A DNA stretch of 64,000 nt from Macrostomum lignano (taxonomy: Eukaryota): assembly GCA_002269645.1 (NCBI GenBank), contig NIVC01000461.1, forward strand, positions 310,001 through 374,000, given 5' to 3'. Below the pieces are notes generated by a model. That model searched no databases. It was not told the origin of the DNA and saw only the letters and a program-made list of their open reading frames with translations. The translations under genes were made by a program, and so were the position numbers. This document shows, piece by piece, positions 1 to 16,700 of this stretch (position 1 is its first letter; every line of letters starts with the position of its first letter).

Positions 1-421
1 TAGTGTGTGGGATAGAGTGGGTAGTGTGTGTGGATAGAGTGGGTAGTGTGTGGGATAGAGTGGGTAGTGTGTGGGATAGAGTGGGTAGTGTGTGGGATAG
101 AGTGGGTAGTGTGTGGGATAGAGTGGGTAGTGTGTGGGATAGAGTGGGTAGTGTGTGGGATAGAGTGGGTAGTGTGTGGGATAGAGTGGGTAGTGTGTGG
201 GATAGAGTGGGTAGTGTGTGGGATAGAGTGGGTAGTGTGTGGGATAGAGTGGGTAGTGTGTGGGATAGAGTGGGTAGTGTGTGGGATAGAGTGGGTAGTG
301 TGTGGGATAGAGTGGGTAGTGTGTGGGATAGAGTGGGTAGTGTGTGGGATAGAGTGGGTAGTGTGTGGGATAGAGTGGGTAGTGTGTGGGATAGAGTGGG
401 TAGTGTGTGGGATAGAGTGGG
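1..421. repeat. 21-bp G-rich minisatellite (TAGTGTGTGGGATAGAGTGGG), ~20 copies, cut by the window start
   Basis: Near-perfect 21-nt period; explains ORFs 3..449 and 28..483. Confidence 0.97.
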
Positions 422-1076
422 TAGGATTTGGATATTTCGTGGTGACTGAGGCACTGTGTACAACTTTGAGATGGGTTGGCTAGGGTGTTAGGTGGTGTGT
501 AGCGTAGGTAAGTTAGTATTATGGGTTGGATTGAATATTTCCATAGTTTAGATTGTCCCCACCTGCAGCCCAGGTGCCCAGCTGTTAATGTTACGAGTAT
601 TGTAATAATGTAAAAGCAGAACAAAACTTTCTGCTCTATTTCTTAACTTAGATTTTTGTGTGCATAATTTTTTCTCACGTTGCGAGCTAAATAAGCGTGT
701 AACTCGTAAGATATATAAAAGGAAAGTAAAAGGAAAGTAAAAAGCGAAAATCTGGCCTTCTTAAAAGGTAAATCTTAACTTTGAGTACTTTCCGCAGAAG
801 AAATACAAATTTTCGTTTGTTAAAATGTTTTTTTAATAATAAATAATTACTTTGTCTTGTAAATGCCTACTTTGCCACCTTAAACTAAACTATATACTAA
901 GCTAAACTAAATCATCAGACTCTAAAGGCATCGTCTACTAGGCTTACAGTTTCATATAAATGCTGAAGTGCAAAAATTGCGTTTCTGAGAAATACTCGTA
1001 CATATGTGTACACGCGAAGTTAATCTAGTAGAATCGATAGCACCAAAAAATGAATTAAAAACTCAAACAGCCGGCC

Positions 1077-5689
<4,613 letters not shown>

Positions 5690-7765
5690 TCAAGACCATT
5701 TACACACCACACGGAAAATAGACAGAATTCACTATGCAACACATATGTAAATTTTCTGGCAAAGGTGATACATCAACAGTTGCATTTATAAACTCTTAGA
5801 TAGAAATCATTATAAAACTCTCCTTAAGACATGTAGCTAGCTGTGCATTTTACACTTCATTGAAAGCAAAAAATATATTTAGGCTATATTAAAAAATGCA
5901 TAATAACTTTTTTGAACTTTATTTTTAAAGTTCTAGTAGAAATAGTTTGCATAGATTATCTAATTTAGGGACAAACATTAATATTAAGTTAAATGCAAGA
6001 AATTTGAAAGTGATTCATTGCAAAGGAAGTTTCGAAATACCATAAAATTTGGTTCAAAAGCATTCGTAAAAAAATAAAAGCTCTATTATTTTCTTACACC
6101 AACATAATTTGATTTCTTGTTAGAGAATTTGTTCATTCAAATAGTCAAAGGAGAACTAAAGGCTTTATATGGAATCTTGTCAGATGTATTATTTTCAACA
6201 ACTAGAATCACTTACTTAGTTTAGGTACTTTGATAAAGCAAATGTGGCTAATTTGAGTAGAATATGTTGTATAAAATGTTGGAAGTACTGTACGATTTGG
6301 AAGACGTGAACTTACGTGTCACGAAAATTGACATGAGATTTTAAATTCATTACACGAATTCATTGTGGTTGTGGTTTAAACAAATCTCCAACATTTATAC
6401 CTTGATGTCTGATTTAAAAATTCTTTATTCTCAACATTAATTGCGTGTCTTAGTGATGCTTTTTACATGAACTTTATAATTCACTTTATTGCAGCATTGT
6501 CAGATGCTTTGTTGTGATCATTTATCTTCTACTGCTCTTCGTATATTTTAGCAGCCGACGCGAAGGTAAACAATATATTGTATTTATTACAGTATTGTCG
6601 CTGAAAATTCAAAACACAAAAAAACATTTTTGCTATACAAGAATGAATACTGCATATGTCCATAATTTTTCATGCTAAAACTATTTATTCACACGAATCA
6701 CAGATTTAGTAAATTATCAAAACTCATCTTTGAATACTTCTTGCCACTTGCCAGACAGAAGTCACAAATATTTGCTGTTGTGGTTCTGTTGCACTTATAC
6801 TAATAGTTTGATTCAGCCTAAATTCATTATATTAAGACTCTTGTACTTACTTTGGAATTACTTTAGTTTAGGCCCTAGCTTTTCTTTATCTTTGCTATTG
6901 AAATAAAAATATTCATATTGGTATTTTCTTTTTCCTATGATTAATATTAATACAATTATAACAATTATCCAATGCTTAGTAATACTAAAAAGTTAGCTAC
7001 ATTGAAAAAAAATATAATAAATTAACAAACCATAAAGATCTCTCATTTATCTCTTTAATGTTTTTGAATTTAGTTTTCTCTGATGATTCTTTGATGGAGA
7101 TATTAAATTTAAAAAAACATAATTGATTACAATATATGGCATATCAATTATTATGTCTCTAAGTTTCTTGCTTTAATACCATATTGTTTGTATAGCTATA
7201 TATCAATATCTATACTAGCTAACTAAACAATCTATTAGCTAGTATAGATATAGGCTTTATAAAAAATATTAGTATTTTCATTATGATGGCCTGCTAGTCT
7301 ATGATTAGTACATAACCTTGCATATACATGTTTAACCTTCTAGCTTGCCTCGTAGGGGTTAGATACATTTAGTCTGCTAGTCAGACCCATTCCTTTAAGT
7401 GAGAATGCATGGACTTAAAAGCCTTTGATTAGGCAGCACCTTGCCCCACTATTGTCTTACTCTCTATAAATAAACTAATTTGCCATTTCATCAATTGTAT
7501 TTTTCTTAACATTATGCAAGCTGCTAGATCTCTATATATTTTCTTTAAAAATATTATAAAAATAATTTTGTCCAAAATAACAATTGTTATTTAAGCATAT
7601 AGGTTATAACAATATTTAGAAAAGTAAAAAAAATGTTTTTATTACTTTCTTCTATTTTTGGGTAATAAAGTAATTGTAATCTATTTAACATTAAATTTCA
7701 GGTATTTCCATGTGCCTATTTTCTATGGCTCATTTAGAGCCAATCTCATTTGCCTAACATCAAAG

Positions 7766-9806
7766 ATGTCCTTGCCTTGCCAACTGAATATAACAGACAT
7801 ACAATGTGACGACTACTGGTCTAACCCAGGACAGCCTGGTCTAGAGCTTTGGGCATGGTTGCTCATAGGCTTTGGAGTTTTTATTGCATTGGGAATTGGA
7901 GGAGGTATGTCTATTATATGCATGCTTTGTTTGCAAAGTTGAAGTTTGAAAGTTGAAAGGCTTAAATCACAACTAGACACTTGACTAGACACTAAAAAAG
8001 ATAGTTTAAAAAATATAGATAGCTAGCATTGAAAAAATAGATATTTTTTATGTCTACTATAATTATATATAATTATTAATTAAATATAATTATACATAAT
8101 TATATATTTTATAAATAGTAAAAAATAATATACACATGAGTTGGTTGATAGTAAAAATTACTTAGTTACTTTTTGTTACTATTGTTGTTATTATTGTTTT
8201 TATTATTATTGCTTGCAAAACTACTTCTTTGTGGTCTATCATTCAGACCCACCTAAATTCTACCATTTGCCCTCAGCTGCACACTAAACAATCCACCATT
8301 GCCCTCCACTGCACACTAAACAATCTACCACTGCCCTCACCTAAACACTACACAATCTACCATTGCCCTCAGCTACACAATAAACAATCTACCATTGCCC
8401 TCAGCTACACACTAAACAATCTACCATTGCCTTCAGCTACACACTAAACAATCTATCATTGCCCTCAGCTACACACTAAACAATCTACCATTGCCCTCAG
8501 CTACACACTAAACAATCTACCATTGCCCTCAGCTACACACTAAACAATCTACCATTGCCCTCAGCTGCACACTAAACAATCTACCATTGCTCTCAGCTAC
8601 GCACTAAACAATCTACCATTGCCCTCAGCTACACAATAAACAATCTACCATTGCCCTCAGCTACACACTAAACAATCTACCATTGCCTTCAGCTACACAC
8701 TAAACAATCTACCATTGCCCTCAGCTACACACTAAACAATCTACCATTGCCCTCAGCTGCACACTAAACAATCTACCATTGCCCTCAGCTACACACTAAA
8801 CAATCTACCATTGCCCTCAGCTACACACTAAACAATCTACCATTGCCCTCAGCTGCACACTAAACAATCTACCATTGCCCTCAGCTACACACTAAACAAT
8901 CTACCATTGCCCTCAGCTACACAATAAACAATCTACCATTGCACTCAGCTACACACTAAACAATCTACCATTGCTTTCAGCTACACACTAAACAATCTAT
9001 CATTGCCCTCAGCTGCACACTAAACAATCTACCATTGCCCTCAGCTACACACTAAACAATCTACCATTGCCCTCAGCTGCACACTAAACAATCTACCATT
9101 GCCCTCAGCTGCACACTAAACAATCTACCATTGCCCTCAGCTGCACACTAAACAATCTACCATTGCCCTCAGCTGCACACTAAACAATCTAACATTGCCC
9201 TCAGCTGCACACTAAACAATCTACCATTGCCCTCAGCTACACACTAAACAATCTACCATTGCCCTCAGCTGCACACTAAACAATCTACCATTGCCCTCAG
9301 CTACACAATAAACAATCTACCATTGCCCTCAGCTACACACTAAACAATCTACCATTGCCCTCAGCTGCACACTAAACAATCTACCATTGCAATATCGCGC
9401 ACCTCCCGTCATCCGCAACGCAACATCCCCAGCCCTATCTGTCTACTTGGCCCGCCGCCGCTGCACCAACGGCAGGCGCCGCAAGCTGCAAGCCGAGTCG
9501 GCCGTCTCCTCCCTGGCCGGCGATCACCCGCAGCAGCAGCCGCCGTCGCCCGGCCCCCTTGCCAACAGCGGCGCCTCATTCGACAGCTTCAACAACTTGG
9601 CGGACCCTGGTGCCGATCAGGACTGGTTCCTGCACAGCCTGGAGAGCGCCGTGTTCGCCTCCCCGTCTGCAGCCTTGGCGCTGTCCGGCCCCGGCCAGAC
9701 TGCTAGCTCGGCCGCTGGCGGCGTCAATGGCGTCGGCGGCAGCGGCAGCGGCGACTGTCGACTGTGCGTGCTGAACCCCGCCCAGCTGCCATACTATTGT
9801 CGCTGA
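7766..9806 (+). CDS. Orphan single-pass membrane protein, 170 aa; exons 7766-7904 and 9433-9806
   Basis: Phase-1 donor GGAG|gtatgt matches phase-1 acceptor ccccag|CC. Splicing joins LWAWLLIGFGVFIALGIGG to ALSVYLARRRCTNGRRRK, giving one hydrophobic helix followed by a basic stop-transfer cluster. N-I-T sequon in the short N-terminal segment; exon 2 is GC-rich. Confidence 0.7.
8240..9388. repeat. 32-bp minisatellite (CTACACACTAAACAATCTACCATTGCCCTCAG), ~35 copies, intronic
   Basis: Direct tandem repeats. Confidence 0.96.
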
Positions 9807-10403
9807 CTAATATTTATTCGATTGTTAATCGGGCTAATTCTCGGTTCATATAGCTCTGTTGTGTTGCACACAAGGGCACCACAATATATTTAGTCTGTAG
9901 ATTATACTGCAGGCTGCAACATAAATCTGGGTATTTACAGGATGGCAGATTGAAAACCAGGATGCCAGCTGGCTTCCTACATCAAGTTTGCATCTAATTG
10001 GCAACCTGTTTTTTCAAGCTGGGGACATTTTGATTTTCAGGTTCCATAGTTTCTGTAATTCATAATTTTATAGTTATTGAGATTTCAAAACTTCTAACAA
10101 TACTCAAATTTGAGTAATCTGTAAACATGGAGTCTGCAGACTTCCGCAACTTCTGAGGGTCAGTGAGGCTCAGAAATATTAGGAGTAGAGTAGAGACGTT
10201 CGTATATTTGAGTTTACGACATGTAGAGTTTGAGAGTTATGAGAGAGAGAGGGAAGAGAAATTTAAAAGAGGAGAGGAGAGAGAAGTGAAGAGTGAAGAA
10301 GACGGAAGAGAGCTGAGAAGAGACAAGCTTTGAGCAGGCCGGATTGCTATTGTGAAGTTTCAGAGGACCCGACGGCCGGATAGAGGGGCTTCTCGGGCCG
10401 GAG

Positions 10404-10855
10404 CACAGGTACTAGAATAAATAGATGAGCCCCTAAGCAGATTTGCGTGCAAGCTACTTTCAGTTCAGTAGTAATTTAAACATAATCATTTTAATGTATT
10501 TTAAAGCCAAGGCTCGTTTATTGGCTCTAACCCCCCGCCCCCAGCTTAAACCCTCCAACTGCGCCTTTCCACACTCCCCCCCGCCCCGCCCCAATTTTTA
10601 TTGCCTTTCTCACAATTCCAGCCTAAAGCTGCCATGTACATTTCAGTGGACTGGCTAATGTACATTATTGCTGAACCAATTAGCAAGCTGTTTACGCCTG
10701 CAAGCTTGGGAAGGTTATCAAAGTTATTTCATTTTGACTTTATTTTTATAAAATAGCTTATATATTCTTCTTTGCTACTGAACTAAAAGTAGAAAGCTGT
10801 TTTACTAAGTATAATATATGTCTGAGTGGCCCATCTAGCTATTTTTGTATCTATG
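10404..10855 (+). mobile_element. MITE copy 1 (CACAG...CTATG ends, degenerate 8-bp TSD)
   Basis: Homologous to 26594-27040 and 40209-40683 in the opposite orientation; terminal inverted repeats; flanks GGCCGGAG / GGACCGAG (6/8). Confidence 0.8.
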
Positions 10856-11817
10856 GGACCGAGTTTGACGAGCCCTGTAGCGCCTGGTTACAATCAATTG
10901 TTGCACAGTGATAATTAGTCTAAAGAAGTATAAAAATCTGTTTGAAGTTAATTCAGTGCTTCATCGATCAGCGGATTAGTGTCTTATATATTCGGTAATA
11001 TCTTATTAGTTACTGCTATTTTTAGGTCAACTGGGTGTGGCTGCATCGGTGCTGTGTGCAGTGCCGATGGCCAGCTAAATCTATCTTGTCAATAAAGTCA
11101 TTCCACGTACGCCTGATGAACGCTTATCGATATTTTATTTATTACTTTTTGGTAATATAATCATCCCTGAACTTTTATCTTAGTTAATCAGTTTGACAAC
11201 TTTTCCTTGTGTTTTTTTACTGAATCCATTCTAGTCCCACCTGTCTATTCTGTATAAGTAACGGTATCAATATGCGCATTATTCTACTAATCTTAGTAGG
11301 CCGACAGAAAACATGTAAAAAATTCTGTCTCTCTTTTTATGACAGGTCAAAGGCATTTAAATTTGGATTTTATGTAATTGTGAAGTTTTTCTTCTGCGCA
11401 CAAACTGTCTGCACTTTCTTGTATTCGGTTCCCGCTCTACTGGTTGTGTTCCCATCTGAGTGTCTGGCTCTGTATTGTCCCCTCTGTATCCTGCACTATT
11501 CAGTGCACTGCTGCTTCGAACTCTCTATTAGCTTGGTCTGTTACTGGTTGCTATGGAAACTGTATTGACTACTACCATGCGTTGTTTTTATCATCGAATT
11601 CTTTTTTTCTGTTGCATCTTTTTTTAATAAATCGTCTATTTTTTATTTTATTGTCTAATTTCTAAATATGAAATTTAACCTTTTCTCTCTATGTGCAGCG
11701 AGTTCTGGTTTGCTGCACATAGAATGTGCCCTAACGTCCCCTAACCGCGTGTTACCATGGGGATTGTCTTTGAAGTTCGCGGATGTTGTGTTGCATACTT
11801 GTAGAGTGGTTCACCGC

Positions 11818-12322
11818 CCTCCCAGATCCTCAGTTGCTGGGCCAGCCTGCCAGATCCTCAGTTGCTGGGCCAGCTTTCCAGATCCTCAGTTGCTGGGCCA
11901 GCCTCCCAGATCCTCAGTTGCTGGGCCAGCTTTCCAGATCCTCAGTTGCTGGGCCAGCCTCCCAGATCCTCAGTTGCTGGGCCAGCTTTCCAGATCCTCA
12001 GTTGCTGGGCCAGCTTTCCAGATCCTCAGTTGCTGGGCCAGCCTCCCAGATCCTCAGTTGCTGGGCCAGCCTCCCAGATCTTCAGTTGCTGGGCCAGCCT
12101 CCCAGATCCTCAGTTGCTGGGCCAGCCTCCCAGATCCTCAGTTTCTGGGCCAGCTTTCCAGATCCTCAGTTTCTGGGCCAGCCTGCCAGATCCTCAGTTG
12201 CTGGGCCAGCCTCCCAGATCCTCAGTTGCTGGGCCACCCTCCCAGATCCTCAGTTGCTGGGCCAGGTTCCCAGATCCTCAGTTGCTGGGCCAGCCTCCCA
12301 GATCCTCAGTTGCTGGGCCATC
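11818..12322. repeat. 28-bp minisatellite (CCCAGATCCTCAGTTGCTGGGCCAGCCT)
   Basis: Direct tandem repeats; explains the three overlapping ORFs at 11668-12438. Confidence 0.95.
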
Positions 12323-12867
12323 CTTCCGCAGCAATATTTCTTTCATTAAATCAGGTTTCAAGATTTCAGAGTGCACAAATATTCGTCGAGCTTCTAGAAG
12401 TCTACACAATTCTTATATGTAAATTCCAGAAATCCTGATTTAAGTATGTTTGCACCATTGTCGCAACTGTTCTGATCTGTGCAAATAAACGAATTTCTTA
12501 ATGTTTCTTTTCTTGGAACAATTTTCTTGGTTCATTATAAGCATGGCAAACAGTTTTTTTTAAGTTGTTGTCTGGCTCTAACTGCCAATCTTTTTCACGA
12601 AAACAAATTTATTGGAGTTGTAATCGAATTATTTTGTATCATGAGTGTCCGAAGAGCGTTTATACGAGCTAAATATACTGTGCAAAATGAGTCTGAAATT
12701 TCTTTTAATACTAAGCAGTCTATCTATGTACATGCAAATGGGTAAGGTGCAGTTGTTGCAGTTGGATTTTAAACGATTTACGAGCGTACGAGCGTATTGT
12801 ACCTGCTACAGTATATTTTTGCTTCAGTATATATTTCTCATCTATTGATAATAGTAATAACAATAGT

Positions 12868-13162
12868 AATTGATTACACCTGTCCCAATGGGCAGATGTG
12901 CAACCGACAGCTCAGCCGCAGCTATTGCGCGGCGCATCTGAAGGCTGCGTACGGCTGTTCAGTCCAAGGACTGGGGGGTCACCACACACACCCTCAATTA
13001 CCCCAGCTAATGCTGGCACCCATTTTACAGCTGGGTGAACTGAAGCAATGCAGAGTTAAAGTGTCTTGCTCAAGGACACAAATTGTTCCGAGTGGGTCGA
13101 GAATCGAACCCCCGACCTTTAAGTCGTGAGTCCGACGCTCTGACCACTAGGCTACAACCCCC
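12868..13162 (-). mobile_element. tRNA-derived SINE with CORE-like central domain, copy 1
   Basis: Minus strand reads GGGGTTGTAGCCTAGTGGTCAGAGCG (A box)...GGTTCGATTC (B box)...GTGTCCTTGAGCAAGACAC...CAGCTGTAAAATGGG. Possible TSD TCATCTATTGATAATA on both sides. Homologs at 44777 and 45932. Confidence 0.85.
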
Positions 13163-13334
13163 TCACTAGGAGGGGGGTTGTCATCTATTGATAATAATAA
13201 CCCTTGACACAACGTGTACATATCAGTCTATTATTAGCCTTGAGCTATGCGGCACATTGACGCAGTGTTCTGTTGTGCTATGATGCCACATTTGATACTG
13301 AAAAATCCACTGCATGCTGACACAGCATCCTTAA

Positions 13335-13548
13335 CAAAGCTGTACCTGTTGCACAGTACACAGTACCTGTTGCTTCACCCCCTGACACAGTACCTGTTGC
13401 GATACCCCCTGACACAGTACCTCTTGCTAGACCCCTGACACAGTACCTCTTGCTAGACCCCTGACACAGTACCTCTTGCTAGACCCCTGACACAGTACCT
13501 CTTGCTAGACCCCTGACACAGTACCTCTGGATACACCCCTGACACAGT
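13335..13548. repeat. 26-bp minisatellite (CACAGTACCTCTTGCTAGACCCCTGA)
   Basis: Direct tandem repeats. Confidence 0.9.
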
Positions 13549-13765
13549 ACATTAAATAGGTCACCAAAATACACCAGTTTTATCGGCTCCCTCGCCAGGT
13601 CGAGTCTAAAATGCATTTAATCATGCAATATCAGAACTGCCGCTTAAAGGTCGCTCACTGCATTCAGGGCAACTATGAATGCTTGTTAATTGGCTTGTTG
13701 AAACCTCACATAGTTTTAACCGTTTAAGTAAAACACCTGTAACAGAAATAGTCGAGTAGAGAATC

Positions 13766-16700
13766 ATGCAGGCACTGTGGCAGCCATTTCTACCGCCAAC
13801 TGCGCCACCTCAGCCGGCCACTCCGAGTTCGAATGTCGCCCTCGAGTTCGGGGAGAATCCGCAGGCTCGACTGGCTGAAGCCGAGCTGTGGCGCAGGTTC
13901 CACCGGCTGGGAACGGAGATGGTGGTGACTCGGGCTGGACGGTGAGACTGGGGTGTGTGATCTATTGCAGACTGGGGTGTGTGATCTATTGCAGACTGGG
14001 GTGTGGGATCTATTGCAGACTGGGTGTGTGATCTATTGCAGACTGGGGTGTGTGATCTATTGCAGACTGGGGTGTGTGATCTATTGCAGACTGGGGTGTG
14101 TGATCTATTGCAGACTGGGGTGTGGGATCTATTGCAGACTGGGGTGTGTGATCTATTGCAGACTGGGGTGTGGGATCTATTGCAGACTGGGGTGTGTGAT
14201 CTATTGCAGACTGGGGTGTGTGATCTATTGCAGACTGGGGTGTGTGATCTATTGCAGACTGGGGTGTGTGATCTATTGCAGACTGGGGTGTGTGATCTAT
14301 TGCAGACTGGGGTGTGTGATCTATTGCAGACTGGGGTGTGTGATCTATTGCAGACTGGGGTGTGTGATCTATTGCAGACTGGGGTGTGTGATCTATTGCA
14401 GACTGGGGTGTGTGATCTATTGCAGACTGGGGTGTGGGATCTATTGCAGACTGGGGTGTGTGATCTATTGCAGACTGGGGTGTGTGATCTATTGCAGACT
14501 GGGGTGTGTGATCTATTGCAGACTGGGGTGTGGGATCTATTGCAGACTGGGGTGTGTGATCTATTGCAGACTGGGGTGTGTGATCTATTGCAGACTGGGG
14601 TGTGTGATCTATTGCAGACTGGGGTGTGGGATCTATTGCAGACTGGGGTGTGTGATCTATTGCAGACTGGGGTGTGTGATCTATTGCAGACTGGGGTGTG
14701 GGATCTATTGCAGACTGGGGTGTGTGATCTATTGCAGACTGGGGTGTGTGATCTATTGCAGACTGGGGTGTGGGATCTATTGCAGACTGGGGTGTGTGAT
14801 CTATTGCAGACTGGGGTGTGTGATCTATTGCAGACTGGGGTGTGGGATCTATTGCAGACTGGGGTGTGTGATCTATTGCAGACTGGGGTGTGTGATCTAT
14901 TGCAGACTGGGGTGTGGGATCTATTGCAGACTGGGGTGTGTGATCTATTGCAGACTGGGGTGTGTGATCTATTGCAGACTGGGGTGTGGGATCTATTGCA
15001 GACTGGGGTGTGGGATCTATTGCAGACTGGGGTGTGTGATCTATTGCAGACTGGGGTGTGTGATCTATTGCAGACTGGGGTGTGTGATCTATTGCAGACT
15101 GGGGTGTGTGATCTATTGCAGACTGGGGTGTGTGATCTATTGCAGACTGGGGTGTGTGATCTATTGCAGACTGGGGTGTGTGATCTATTGCAGACTGGGG
15201 TGTGTGATCTATTGCAGACTGGGGTGTGTGATCTATTGCAGACTGGGGTGTGTGATCTATTGCAGACTGGGGTGTGTGATCTATTGCAGACTGGGGTGTG
15301 TGATCTATTGCAGACTGGGGTGTGTGATCTATTGCAGACTGGGGTGTGTGATCTATTGCAGACTGGGGTGTGGGATCTATTGCAGACTGGGGTGTGTGAT
15401 CTATTGCAGACTGGGGTGTGTGATCTATTGCAGACTGGGGTGTGGGATCTATTGCAGACTGGGGTGTGGGATCTATTGCAGACTGGGGTGTGGGATCTAT
15501 TGCAGACTGGGGTGTGGGATCTATTGCAGACTGGGGTGTGGGATCTATTGCAGACTGGGGTGTGGGATCTATTGCAGACTGGGTGTGGGATCTATTGGAA
15601 ACTGGAGTGTGGGATCCGTAATCGATAATAAAGTGGGATCTATTGTAGATGGGTGTGAGATCCATTTCAGACTGGGGTATGGGATCTATTTGATACTGGG
15701 GTGTGGGATCTATTGAAGGCTGGGTGTGGGGATCTATTGAATATTGAGTTGTGGGATCTGTTGGAGACATGGGGTGTGGGATCTGTTGGAGACATGGGGT
15801 GTGGGATCTGTTGGAGACATGGGGTGTGGGATCTATTGGAGACTGAGACTGGGGTGTAAGATCTATTGTATGCTGGGTGTGGGATCTATTGCAGACTGGG
15901 GTGTGGGGATCTATTGCAGACTGGGTTGCGGGGATCTATTGCAGACTGGGGTGTGGGATCTATTTCAGACTGGGGGGTGTAGGATCTATTGCAGACTGGG
16001 TTGTGGGGATCTATTGTATGCTGGGTGTGGGATCTAGTTTATACTGGGGGTAGGCTCTATTGGACACTGGGGTATGGGATCTATTGAGAGTGAAGTGTGG
16101 GATCTATTGCAGACTGGGTGTGGGATCTATTGGAGCAGCACCGGGTGTGGGATCTATTTGATACTGGGGTGTGGGATCTATTTGATACTGGGGTGTGGGA
16201 TCTATTGGATACTGGGGTATGGGATCTATTGGAGACTGGAGTGTGGGATCTGTAATCGATAATAGAGTGGAATCTATGGCTAATCCAGTGGGATGTATTG
16301 AAACTTACTTCGATTCTACTGCCCCAAATTGCATTTCCCACCGGCCCCTGCCAGCCGGATGTTCCCGGCATTCAAGGTGTCCCTGACGCACCTGGAGCCG
16401 GACGCCAGCTACTCGGTGCTGCTCGAGGCGGCCGTCCAAGGCGACGCTGCTCGGCACCGATTCGTCGGCGGCGCCTGGACGGTATCGCCGACAACGCTGA
16501 AAAAGGCGTCACCGAGCCGCCGACCCCGTCCAGTTCGAGCGCACCCGGACAGCCCGGCTCCTGGCCGGCACTGGATGGCCAGGCCCGTGTCCTTCCACCG
16601 GCTGAAGCTGACTAATAGCGAGGAGCAGGCCGACAGGCTGGGTCACGTGAGAGACCATTGGGGGTCGCGTGATATGGGAACTGATCACGTGATTATGAAA

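Noticed and set aside
1-421. Possible telomeric repeat
   Set aside because: The unit is 21 bp and contains no TTAGGG-type motif.
11818-12322. Minus-strand CTGAGGA-TCTG-GAAA in some 28-bp units
   Set aside because: No U16.1 partner and no helix I; coincidental.
13953-15770. 541-587 aa Cys-rich or Pro-rich ORFs
   Set aside because: Stop-free frames of the 24-bp intronic array, open on both strands and inside a T-box intron.
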